In this document: positions 36,258 to 44,258 of the stretch, piece after piece
Layout of the letters: each line of letters begins with the position of its first letter
How positions within the stretch are numbered: the first letter of the stretch is position 1
Virus record (IMG/VR): IMGVR_UViG_3300033067_001965
Coordinates: 1-45,673 of that record
Strand: one strand, 5' to 3'
Source: a virus
Lineage: Duplodnaviria; Caudoviricetes
DNA: 45,673 bases
Made by a program: the position numbers and the translations under genes
The notes under the pieces: generated by a model
Seen by the model: only the letters and a program-made list of their open reading frames with translations
What the model was told of the DNA's origin: nothing
The model's database searches: none

Positions 36258-36455
36258 TCAGAGCGTCACGTCATCCAGGTTCGCCCAGCCTTGCGGGATC
36301 GCTGGTTCTTCTGAAACACAGTTGATCGTTTCCGCTCCCGCGATCATCCACTGTTCCAGGGTACAAACCGCCATCAACTCCTCACGGGTAATGATGCCGC
36401 GCTTGCACTGTGCGATACGGGCCTGGAGTTCCGCGTTGTTCTGAATCATCTTCAT
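36258..36455 (-). CDS. Hypothetical protein
   Basis: First gene after promoter cassette B. Confidence 0.65.
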   Translation of the reverse strand: MKMIQNNAELQARIAQCKRGIITREELMAVCTLEQWMIAGAETINCVSEEPAIPQGWANLDDVTL

Positions 36456-36565
36456 CGTGTCACCTTGCGTTTGGGGTTTCGTCGCGTCAGGCTCGTTTGC
36501 CTGACACTGGAATAATACCCCCGTCCGCGCGGATGTCAACACGAATTGGAAAAGTTTTTCGGATT
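36456..36565 (-). promoter_or_regulatory. Early promoter/stem-loop/RBS cassette, copy B
   Basis: TTGACA(36539)-16 nt-TATTAT(36517), hairpin GTCAGGC/GCCTGAC, then GCGACGAAACCCCAAACGCAAGGTGACACG-ATG. Confidence 0.85.
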
Positions 36566-37266
36566 TAGTTTTCGCTCCGGAAATCGGTCCTGTCCCTGGG
36601 TACTCGCCTCTCGGGTGGCAAGATCTCCAGGAGCTTACGCGCGGCCGCTTGCTCCGCCCGCTCTGCCGCGATCTTCGCCAGGGCTTCCGGCATCTGTCCG
36701 GAAAGCTCCTTCGTGATTTCGCGTTGCAGGTAAGGCGGCAACTGGTTCAACAACTCTTCCAGTGGCGTCGGGTCTTTGAGTAGACCGAAGTGTTTCAGCA
36801 TCTTGTCAAGAGCCTGGAGCTTGTCGTAGAACTTGTATTCCACAACCGATTCCGTTACCGTCACGGAGTCTTCCCCGTTCTCGCGCGTTACCGTCCGCTG
36901 ACGCATCACCTTTGTTGAGGCAATGGCCCGCCGCGCGTTCATGCCGATCCTGTGAATGGGCAAGAGGCAGCCGTTTTCGTCCACAAGCTCCAGGGGATCG
37001 GCAAACGCGATCCTGGCAAGCTCCATTAGTGCCCTGTCGGACGAAAGCCGCGTCCGTGCTTTTTGGTCCGCGCCCTCTTTCGCCAGGGCTTCCCGGATTG
37101 CCGGGTTGTTCTTGAGTAGGACACGCGCCGCGTTGTAAGCGCTCTGCCGCGTCACCCCTGGGTACGCTTCCATGTAAGCGCGCGTGCGCTGACCGTGGAA
37201 CAGGAGCCGTTCAATAAAGGTCTGCCACTCCCGGCGGAGCGGCTTCGGTTGCTTTGTCTTTGCCAT
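36565..37266 (-). CDS. terS: Terminase small subunit
   Basis: TRAYMEAYP...A...A..LL..P.I, ELARIAFAD and DKLQALDKMLKHFG motifs. Confidence 0.85.
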   Translation of the reverse strand: MAKTKQPKPLRREWQTFIERLLFHGQRTRAYMEAYPGVTRQSAYNAARVLLKNNPAIREALAKEGADQKARTRLSSDRALMELARIAFADPLELVDENGCLLPIHRIGMNARRAIASTKVMRQRTVTRENGEDSVTVTESVVEYKFYDKLQALDKMLKHFGLLKDPTPLEELLNQLPPYLQREITKELSGQMPEALAKIAAERAEQAAARKLLEILPPERRVPRDRTDFRSEN

Positions 37267-37334
37267 GTCCTTGACTCCAAACAGTCGGGCGGTTGGCATT
37301 GTAGCACGCGCCCGCGCGGGCGCGTAGCTGATTT

Positions 37335-37730
37335 TTAAGGGAAGACCCAATTTGTAGGGATCGTCATAACCCCCAGGCGGGTGGCAAGCCGGTGCATGAT
37401 TTGAGCCGCCGAGAGACTAAGCGAATCCCCGGATGAGAGTTCCACCGGGTTAATCTCAACGGCAGCATGGGGCAACTGGGCAAGCCACCATTTGACGCTC
37501 GCAGCCGTCATGATTTGGGAAATGGGAACAGCGAGCTTACCGTCATCCGTTCCGCTCTCAATGATGTCGTATAGACTTCGGAGGTTCGGCCCGATGCTGA
37601 ACCGGTAAACGTAGACTTCGCTATCCGGCTTCCTGGGATCGGCCAAACACTCGTCAATACGAATCAGGATCTTGGCGGGCGGGAAGCTGTTGGAAAATGG
37701 AACGTCCGTCAGTGTGTTTTCGCTTTGCAT
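37335..37730 (-). CDS. Hypothetical protein
   Basis: AGGAG RBS, flanked by palindrome copies. Confidence 0.65.
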   Translation of the reverse strand: MQSENTLTDVPFSNSFPPAKILIRIDECLADPRKPDSEVYVYRFSIGPNLRSLYDIIESGTDDGKLAVPISQIMTAASVKWWLAQLPHAAVEINPVELSSGDSLSLSAAQIMHRLATRLGVMTIPTNWVFP

Positions 37731-37779
37731 GTCCGAGACTCCTGGAGAGCGCCCGCGCGGGCGCGATGATTGTGGTTTG

Positions 37780-38169
37780 TTAGACGTTGGTTATTACGAT
37801 GATCGTCTTACGGTCTCCCCGGATAACAACCGGTTGCGGTGCGTCCAGGTACTCTTGGCTGTCGTCGTGGATCGCTCCGCATTTTGTCAGGCTGTCGTGT
37901 AGCGTCTTCGTGAGGTTGTGCGGGTCTGGCATGCGGCCACGGCTGCCGACGACAACGGTGATCTCCACCCGACGCTTGACCCGCTCCGCCCTGGGGACGC
38001 TCGCAAGCCTGATGTGATGACCGACGACAAAATCACATGCTTCCTTGACGCTCTTTCGCCGGTACGGGTGCGTTGTCAGGAGCTTGTTGACGCTCGGCGG
38101 GTTCCAGCCGGGTATCGTAATTGTCCAGGATGTCTGAGAGTTCGTTCCGGTACTTTCGGACGCGATCAT
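37780..38169 (-). CDS. rusA: RusA-family Holliday junction resolvase
   Basis: PPSVN...DPHNLTK.L.DSL...G.I.DDS. Confidence 0.8.
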   Translation of the reverse strand: MIASESTGTNSQTSWTITIPGWNPPSVNKLLTTHPYRRKSVKEACDFVVGHHIRLASVPRAERVKRRVEITVVVGSRGRMPDPHNLTKTLHDSLTKCGAIHDDSQEYLDAPQPVVIRGDRKTIIVITNV

Positions 38170-38422
38170 TTTGCGCTGCCGTTAGGGGTTTGGTTGGTTC
38201 AACTCTGAGGTTACCGTGTTCGTGGTAGATAAGGCAGCCTTGCCCCAGGAGTTCCCGGTAAAGCCTCCGAGCGTTGGCCGCGCGAACGCGGCGCTCGGCT
38301 ATCACCAAGAGGGCTTCTGTTATCGCCGGTCCTAGCGTCAGCGCGAGCGTGTCGCGCTCGTCCTTTTCGATTTGCGCGGCTACCTGTGGGTCAAAGTCCG
38401 TCGCGATCTCGTCTCCGTTCAT
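38033..38422 (-). CDS. Protein with a TubC_N-like docking domain
   Basis: LLGQGCLIYHEHGNLRV...VRKYRNEL pattern. Confidence 0.5.
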   Translation of the reverse strand: MNGDEIATDFDPQVAAQIEKDERDTLALTLGPAITEALLVIAERRVRAANARRLYRELLGQGCLIYHEHGNLRVEPTKPLTAAQNDRVRKYRNELSDILDNYDTRLEPAERQQAPDNAPVPAKERQGSM

Positions 38423-38609
38423 GCTCTGCCCTCCGGCTGGCGATTCCCAGGAGTTCAAGACAGGCGGAAAACCAGATGGCTGCCGCCACAGCGTACACCG
38501 ATGCGGAAAGGTAGCTTTCGGTGGATACCGACAGGGCGGCAAGGGCAAGCCCCGCGCCGCATGTGATCACACAGCAAAAGATAGCGATCTTTATGCTTAG
38601 TCCTGCCAT
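38391..38609 (-). CDS. Small two-TM membrane protein
   Basis: Two hydrophobic segments and a basic tail. Confidence 0.55.
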   Translation of the reverse strand: MAGLSIKIAIFCCVITCGAGLALAALSVSTESYLSASVYAVAAAIWFSACLELLGIASRRAEHERRRDRDGL

Positions 38610-38767
38610 TTGTCCCGCCTTTCGCGTTCCGCAATAAAATCGGCCGCAAGGTCAAAAACAAAGCATCCCAGAAAGGCTGCAAGGGCTGCCGGGTACTTCT
38701 CCGCGAAGCACAGCGCAACGAGCGCGATACCCATACCAATCGAAACGAAACGGCAGATGGTTTCCAT
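38597..38767 (-). CDS. Small two-TM membrane protein (56 aa, absent from the ORF track), probably leaderless
   Basis: METICRFVSIGMGIALVALCFAEKYPAALAAFLGCFVFDLAADFIAERERRDKWQD. The ATG lies 5 nt after TATAAT. Confidence 0.6.
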   Translation of the reverse strand: METICRFVSIGMGIALVALCFAEKYPAALAAFLGCFVFDLAADFIAERERRDKWQD

Positions 38768-38772
38768 AGTAG

Positions 38773-38800
38773 ATTATAGGGATTGGGTTAAGGTTGTCAA
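38773..38800 (-). promoter_or_regulatory. Consensus sigma70 promoter
   Basis: TTGACA-16 nt-TATAAT. Confidence 0.75.
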
Positions 38801-38804
38801 GGGA

Positions 38805-39086
38805 TTACTTGGGTGGCCACGGCTCCAGGACAGCCACCCGGAGCGGCGCGGCGCGGGTCTCGCGGATCTTCCTCATAAGCCCGTTCTCGTCCCGCTCAAA
38901 CTGCATGTGCGCGTCGGTGTAGTACCTCTCTAGCTCGCCGGTCTCCGTGTCGCACCACAGCACGAACATGACCCGTTGCCCGAACGCATCGAACGTGTGG
39001 CAATGCGACCCTGGGAACGGCTCACTATCCGGGATGCACTCGTCTTCCGAGTACAGCGAGTTCATGCGCCTGGCGTCGTATCGCAT
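38805..39086 (-). CDS. Hypothetical protein
   Basis: ORF overlapping the end of the upstream gene, with an AGGTG RBS. Confidence 0.6.
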   Translation of the reverse strand: MRYDARRMNSLYSEDECIPDSEPFPGSHCHTFDAFGQRVMFVLWCDTETGELERYYTDAHMQFERDENGLMRKIRETRAAPLRVAVLEPWPPK

Positions 39087-39529
39087 GTGTCACCTATGAA
39101 CAGTGGCAGTTTTTCCCATTCATGCTCACCCTCAACACAAAGGTAAGCAGTTTCCTGGGGCAACATCCGCTTGACTTGCTCGATGTGGCCCGTGGGCTTT
39201 AGCCCGTACATCTTCCTTCCGGCAGACTGCGCCCGATCCCGTACCCGGCAATACAGCGCGAAGCGGATTGCCGCTAGCTCGCTCGCGGCGTGTGCGGTCT
39301 CCGCTTCGGTTGCCTGTCTCTCATATGCCTTGTAGAAGTCGCTCCCGGTGTAGTACGCCAGGACTTCGTTTTTCCGCCTGCGCAAGTGAGGCATGAGGCT
39401 CTTTACTGCGCTGTCCTTGCCCTTGGTGTTGACGAGCGTAGTTTTCCCGTCTTCCACCTTCACGCGGATTGCGTGCCTGTCCATGAAAGCTACGATCTCT
39501 TCAATGTCCCAACTTCGCATCGTGTCCAT
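39062..39529 (-). CDS. Protein with an N-terminal TubC_N-like domain
   Basis: MDRHAIRVKVEDGK...LRRRKNEVL pattern. Confidence 0.55.
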   Translation of the reverse strand: MDTMRSWDIEEIVAFMDRHAIRVKVEDGKTTLVNTKGKDSAVKSLMPHLRRRKNEVLAYYTGSDFYKAYERQATEAETAHAASELAAIRFALYCRVRDRAQSAGRKMYGLKPTGHIEQVKRMLPQETAYLCVEGEHEWEKLPLFIGDTCDTTPGA

Positions 39530-39598
39530 GATGGCACCTATGAAGACAGCGCCCGCGCGGGCGCTGTCTGGAGGTTGTCAATGTGCTGCCCTGTCCCG

Positions 39599-40735
39599 TC
39601 ACTCGGCGGAAGCGTCCTTGGTATTGTCCTTGCTGCCCTCGAATGACTTTTCGGCGGCAAGCCCCTTCATCGTGTCTTCAAGATCCTGGAACGCATCCAG
39701 GAGCCGCCCCAGGACCGTCAGGCGGTGCTGACCAAACTCGTCTGTCTGGATGTCAAAGCCGAACTTCTCTAAGCTGGCGCGAGCGTGCGGCGCGAGATCC
39801 GCACGGGTCAAGCTCGATTCGACCAACCGCGCCAGGTTGCCGACGATCCCACGGGTAACTTTGGGAAGACCCGTATCAGAGATCTTGGCGATTTGCGCGG
39901 CCCGCGCTTCGGCTTCCACTTGCTCCGGGGTCTTTCCGTCCGCGTTCGCGGCGCTCGTGGGCTTGTCGGCCCCTTCCGTCAAGCTCGGGTCATCCGCCAC
40001 GGGCGCGGCGGCTTCCTTTGTCACCTTCACGAGCTTGCCACCCCGGAGGGATTGCCCGCGCTCCTCCAGGGCACGCCACAGCGCCCCAGTCGAAGCCCCC
40101 ACCGCAGCCGCCGCGGCGCGCTGACCGCCCACCTTGCAGACTTCCGCGAGAAGGTCCGCATCATCCAGGAGCGTATTGATCGCCTTGCGAACGTCCCTGT
40201 CGGTGCGGGTCTTCCCGTGTGCGGCGTTCTGGCGCAGCGCCCATTTCTTCGCTTCCCTTTCCGTCATCTTCCAAACGATGACCGGAACGTCCTTGATCTT
40301 CGCCTTTTCGTAAGCCGCACCGCGATTGAACCCCGAGAAGACAACCTTCTTGACCCCGGTGTCTGCGACGTAGAGCGGCGGGAAGACCACCCCATCGGTC
40401 ATGAGTTCCGCGTATCTCGTCGCGGTGTCTTCGTTGACCAGTTCCGCGCGCATCTGGTACGCGCCGTCAAAGGTCAATTCCTTCCACGGCAACACCAGAT
40501 GCTCGCCACCCTCCGGGCACTCGGCGCGGGAGATCGTGTCTTCCTTCTTGCCGCCCTTCTTGCCGCCCTTGGCAGCTTCGGCCGGTTGCTCCGTGGCGTC
40601 GGTCTTGGTTTCCCGGATCTCAACCGGGAACGGGTTCGCATCGCTACCCGCGTTCACCAAGCTAAACGTCTCGTTGCCGTCGATGACTTCGTTTTGCACG
40701 TTCGATTCCTTGTTGTTCTTTTTCGACTTCGCCAT
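39599..40735 (-). CDS. ParB/Srx-like N-terminal domain protein with an HTH
   Basis: YQMR...YAELM..G..FPPL.V...VFSGFNR.AA...N..HG, followed by the HTH-like QRAAAAAVGASTGAL. Confidence 0.8.
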   Translation of the reverse strand: MAKSKKNNKESNVQNEVIDGNETFSLVNAGSDANPFPVEIRETKTDATEQPAEAAKGGKKGGKKEDTISRAECPEGGEHLVLPWKELTFDGAYQMRAELVNEDTATRYAELMTDGVVFPPLYVADTGVKKVVFSGFNRGAAYEKAKIKDVPVIVWKMTEREAKKWALRQNAAHGKTRTDRDVRKAINTLLDDADLLAEVCKVGGQRAAAAAVGASTGALWRALEERGQSLRGGKLVKVTKEAAAPVADDPSLTEGADKPTSAANADGKTPEQVEAEARAAQIAKISDTGLPKVTRGIVGNLARLVESSLTRADLAPHARASLEKFGFDIQTDEFGQHRLTVLGRLLDAFQDLEDTMKGLAAEKSFEGSKDNTKDASAE

Positions 40736-40817
40736 GATTAGGACTCCGCTTGTTGGGCTTTCGCCCGGCTCGGGTGGCGGCTGGCGAAGTTGCCAGCCGC
40801 GTTGGTCTTGTGAGGTA

Positions 40818-40845
40818 ATACTACACCCGTCGGCGCGGGTGTCAA
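40818..40845 (-). promoter_or_regulatory. Promoter of the ParB-like gene with an inverted repeat in the spacer
   Basis: TTGACA-16 nt-TAGTAT, CACCCG...CGGGTG inverted repeat, and a 5' UTR hairpin at 40777-40800. Confidence 0.7.
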
Positions 40846-40907
40846 GTTTTTTCTAAAAGTTTTCCGTTTTGACTTCGGCTTGAACTTCCGCGCCCGCGCG
40901 GGCGCGG

Positions 40908-41588
40908 CTACTCGCTGGACTTGGAAAGCTCGGCAATCCAGTCATCCAGGGCAACGAAGCACTCGCGCACAACCGCCTTGGGGATTTCGTAGTTGCTGAC
41001 GTTGGAGGGGATGCCGTGCTTTGCCAGGAGGCGCGTCCGGATCTCGCCGGATGGCTGCTTGCTCTTGGCCGCAACCGTATCCAGGAGGCCGATAAGCCTC
41101 TTACCCATTTCCGTTCCGCACGCGATCCAATCCGGGTGTGTCGCGAACAGGGGCAGCTTTGGCGGCTCCTTGATGACTGCCTTTCCGTCGATGATCTCAC
41201 AGAGCGCGGATAGTTGCGGGCGGATCTTCTCCAGATACCAGCCCACCCCGAACCGCGCGGCCGCGAACCTGAAAGCCGTGACATAGGAGCGGTCATACGT
41301 CTTGTTGTCGCCAATCGGCTCCCCGATGCCCACCCGGTAGACTCGCTCGCCACCGAACCAAATTCCAAGCTGGCAGTGGGCTTGCCCGGTGGGAAGTAGG
41401 CTGTAGTCTTCCGTCCACCCGCCGATTGTCAGAACCTCATTGAGCCGCGCCCGGATCGCTCCAGGGACAATGGAGGGGTTGACGTAGTACATGTGCTTAC
41501 CCGGCACTGGCGTACCTACGCTCCAGATGATTTCTCGCGGGGTAAACGGTTGCTCAAGCTTCTGTTGGATCTCTTCCACTTTCGCCAT
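40908..41588 (-). CDS. Rad52/Rad22 (Sak)-like single-strand annealing protein
   Basis: L.QPF...EI.W...YV....I..RLNEV...GW...C.L.I...AF..AA..FGVG.YL. Confidence 0.82.
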   Translation of the reverse strand: MAKVEEIQQKLEQPFTPREIIWSVGTPVPGKHMYYVNPSIVPGAIRARLNEVLTIGGWTEDYSLLPTGQAHCQLGIWFGGERVYRVGIGEPIGDNKTYDRSYVTAFRFAAARFGVGWYLEKIRPQLSALCEIIDGKAVIKEPPKLPLFATHPDWIACGTEMGKRLIGLLDTVAAKSKQPSGEIRTRLLAKHGIPSNVSNYEIPKAVVRECFVALDDWIAELSKSSE

Positions 41589-41653
41589 GATCTAGACTCC
41601 TGTTTGGGGTTAAGGGAGCCGCGCCCGCGCGGGCGCGGCCATTTGAACAGATA

Positions 41654-41923
41654 TCAGGTTGAGCAATACCCGCCACAGTTCCCGCATGTGGACTCGTCCC
41701 ATTTGGAACGCCGACACTTGTCAAAGTAGTAGCGCGGCCCGTCGTAATCCTTCTGGTACTCCCAACCGTCGTCCCATAGTTGATCCATACCCAGGGTTTC
41801 AAGACCCCAGGAAGAACGATACGGGTTGTCCTTCTTGCTCTTCCCGTCGCGCCTGGCTTGCCTCCCTTCCTCAAACTCCGGAGGGGGTAGAGAAGTCTTA
41901 GCACTCTTTTCGATGTCGGCCAT
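41654..41923 (-). CDS. Rmf-like small protein with a C-terminal Cys cluster
   Basis: FEEGRQARRDGKSKKDNPY...LWDDGW resembles the RMF motif G..AG..G.S...CPY...W..GW. Confidence 0.55.
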   Translation of the reverse strand: MADIEKSAKTSLPPPEFEEGRQARRDGKSKKDNPYRSSWGLETLGMDQLWDDGWEYQKDYDGPRYYFDKCRRSKWDESTCGNCGGYCST

Positions 41924-41988
41924 TTAATTGCCCCCTTGATAAGTTAGAGAGGTATCGGCCGCGCCCGCGCGGGCGCGGCCGATACGGG

Positions 41989-42267
41989 TCACATATTCGG
42001 GTTAGCTCGCTCGACTGCCGCAACTAGTGCGGCTTCGTGCGTGATCTCTTCTTGCAGCCGGAGAAGGTAGGTCTTGACGCAAGCCAACTTTTTGGCGTCC
42101 CAGTGCTGGCACACCCTGCCGTCCTCCAGGGCGGCAATGATGTAGTCAAGGTCGCTGAACACCAAAAACCCTTCGTGAGCGTACAGCGGGTTCGCTTCGG
42201 CGTGATACTCCGCGATGTAGGTCTTAAGGCTCCGGCTGTAAACGGCTTTGATGGCTTGGCAGTTCAT
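41989..42267 (-). CDS. Hypothetical protein
   Basis: First gene after promoter cassette C. Confidence 0.65.
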   Translation of the reverse strand: MNCQAIKAVYSRSLKTYIAEYHAEANPLYAHEGFLVFSDLDYIIAALEDGRVCQHWDAKKLACVKTYLLRLQEEITHEAALVAAVERANPNM

Positions 42268-42380
42268 CGTGTCACCTTGCGTTTGGGGTTTCGTCGCGTC
42301 GGGTAACTCGCCCGACACTGGAATAATACTCCCGGCTGCGCTGGTGTCAACACGAATTGGGAAAGTTTTTCCGAATTCCT
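42268..42380 (-). promoter_or_regulatory. Early promoter/stem-loop/RBS cassette, copy C
   Basis: TTGACA(42350)-16 nt-TATTAT(42328), hairpin GTCGGG/CCCGAC, and an RBS block identical to copy B. Confidence 0.85.
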
Positions 42381-42384
42381 TTTT

Positions 42385-42837
42385 TCAGTGCGCCCGCGCG
42401 GGCGCTGGAAATTCCTCCGTGTCGCTCGGACTTCGGCTGTTGAGGATCGACCAAATGAGCGCGGCCAGTTGCGGGCGGGTGGTGTCCAGTTCCGTATCAT
42501 CCCACCAATTCAGAAAGTACCGGCAACCGGCCGGTTCCCCTACCAACTGGTCACACTCAAACGTGAGTTGCGCGAAACGCTCCTCCAGGTCTCCCACCTT
42601 GTTGACACCGTAACCCCTCCAAATCGCGTAACAGGCCGCGTCCGCAGCCGTCACGGTTTCGTCGGCGTTTGCCGGTGTGGGTTTCGGGAGGCAGCCCACA
42701 CCGCGCACGATTGTTTCGTCCTTGGCCTCCAGCGCGTTCACCAGTGCCAGGAGAGCGGTCGTTGACAGTTGAGGCGCGATCCCGTCTCGGAAAACTCGTT
42801 GCCAGGGCAACAGTTCCTTTTGAGTCGTCACAAGCAT
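42385..42837 (-). CDS. Conserved hypothetical protein resembling a Gemmataceae family
   Basis: WQRVFRDGIAPQLST...GEPAGCRYFLNWWDDT. Family assignment is from recall and needs a BLAST check. Confidence 0.65.
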   Translation of the reverse strand: MLVTTQKELLPWQRVFRDGIAPQLSTTALLALVNALEAKDETIVRGVGCLPKPTPANADETVTAADAACYAIWRGYGVNKVGDLEERFAQLTFECDQLVGEPAGCRYFLNWWDDTELDTTRPQLAALIWSILNSRSPSDTEEFPAPARAH

Positions 42838-42982
42838 TTGAGGCTCCCTATAGTTTGGGTGACACTGTACTTTACACGCGCCAGGCGAACGGAGCAAGCG
42901 AAGTAGAAAAGTTTTTTGGGTTTGACATGGCTCCGGGATGGTGGTAAATACTCCCTGCCCAACCACCAACCCCAGAGGTTTC

Positions 42983-43243
42983 ATGTTTGAAGTAACGAGT
43001 TCCGAAGTGCTGGAGTACCCGAACGCCACAGGCGGGACGTGTTTCCTGTGGTCCGTGGAAGTGGAGTCTATCGACGCCAAACGCGCGGCGCGAAACGGAG
43101 AACTGTACTACCTGTCACTGGACGGCATCCAGCCCACAGAGGTCGGGGCGCGGCTGGCCATTGCCGGAGCTATCCGCCGGATCGCCAGAGACCTAGAAGC
43201 TTGCGGCTGGAAGCTCCTGGGAACCCAAGTAAGCGCGGGCTAG
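42983..43243 (+). CDS. Hypothetical protein
   Basis: GAGG RBS and an upstream TTGACA at 42922. Confidence 0.6.
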   Translation: MFEVTSSEVLEYPNATGGTCFLWSVEVESIDAKRAARNGELYYLSLDGIQPTEVGARLAIAGAIRRIARDLEACGWKLLGTQVSAG

Positions 43244-43666
43244 GTCTTCCCTCATGGTGCGACGGGCCAGCGCCAGCGCGTCGCACCATGACATATCAGA
43301 CCCCTCGGACATGATCGCCGCGCGCTCCTCCACTTCCGCCGCGTCAAGCTCGATGCACTCAACGTAACTTGCTACCTGGAACTCCGGAGCGTCCCAGGGC
43401 GCGGGCTGCAACCGCTCCAGGATGTCTGGAGCGTAGCTCCGCAGATAGCCCGCCATCTTGACGGCTTCAATCGACGCGGTTGGTCCCCTCATCTCAAGAC
43501 CCGTCCCGTGCAAGAGGAACGTAACGCCGATGTTCGCACACTGATACAAGAAGTCGCTTACATTGCGTGGGGCGCGCATGTTGGGCACTGGGCTTGGGGG
43601 ATGCCCCTTGTCGGGGCGAACGATGATCCTGACTCCTGATTCGATCACTTCACACCATCCATTCAT
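43193..43666 (-). CDS. Protein with a TubC_N-like domain and an EERAAIM motif
   Basis: CANIGVTFLLHGTGLEMRGP...LRSYAPDILERL and EERAAIM...W.DA..LA. Confidence 0.6.
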   Translation of the reverse strand: MNGWCEVIESGVRIIVRPDKGHPPSPVPNMRAPRNVSDFLYQCANIGVTFLLHGTGLEMRGPTASIEAVKMAGYLRSYAPDILERLQPAPWDAPEFQVASYVECIELDAAEVEERAAIMSEGSDMSWCDALALARRTMREDLARAYLGSQELPAASF

Positions 43667-44067
43667 CTAGGAAAAGTCTTCCCTGTAACGCAATTCCCTA
43701 TCTTGCAATTGCCGCGCCGCAATTCCGGAATTGTTACGGTAAAGATGCACTTTGAGTTCTCCAGGTTCGCGCCCGCGCGGGCGCGAACCCTGTTTGTGAT
43801 TGGACACTTAGTTTCTGGAGTCTCTGGCGACCATACGAAAAAGGGGTAGTACAACAGAGTGTACTACCCCTAGCCCTGGGATGTCGCCCAATCACCCGCA
43901 GGGTTTACGCTCCCGGCGCGCCGCAGTGACAACGCGCCGGGTGGCCTTGCCCCTGGAGGACAGGCAAGGCTCTGTGTTTCGGCTCCGGGTATTTCGGGGA
44001 ACTCCCGGCGGTACAGCCCACCCGCACCGCCGGGAGCGTCCAACCACCGAAAACCCCAACACTGGCC

Positions 44068-44095
44068 AGTATAGGGCTACTGGAGATCCTGTCAA
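44068..44095 (-). promoter_or_regulatory. Sigma70-type promoter in the long non-coding region
   Basis: TTGACA-16 nt-TATACT. Confidence 0.6.
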
Positions 44096-44213
44096 CCCGA
44101 GACCGGCGAATTTCCCGGAAATTCTGGAAATCCCTTGAATCGGCCGGAAGACGTGATAAAAAGAAATGGTCCGGGGTCATCGGCCTGCAAGCCTACCCGG
44201 ACCATAAGCAATG

Positions 44214-44258
44214 GGGTGTACACGGGAATACTACCCATCTGTATTCCCGTGTACACCC
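44214..44258. repeat. 18-bp perfect inverted repeat
   Basis: GGGTGTACACGGGAATAC-N9-GTATTCCCGTGTACACCC. Confidence 0.9.
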
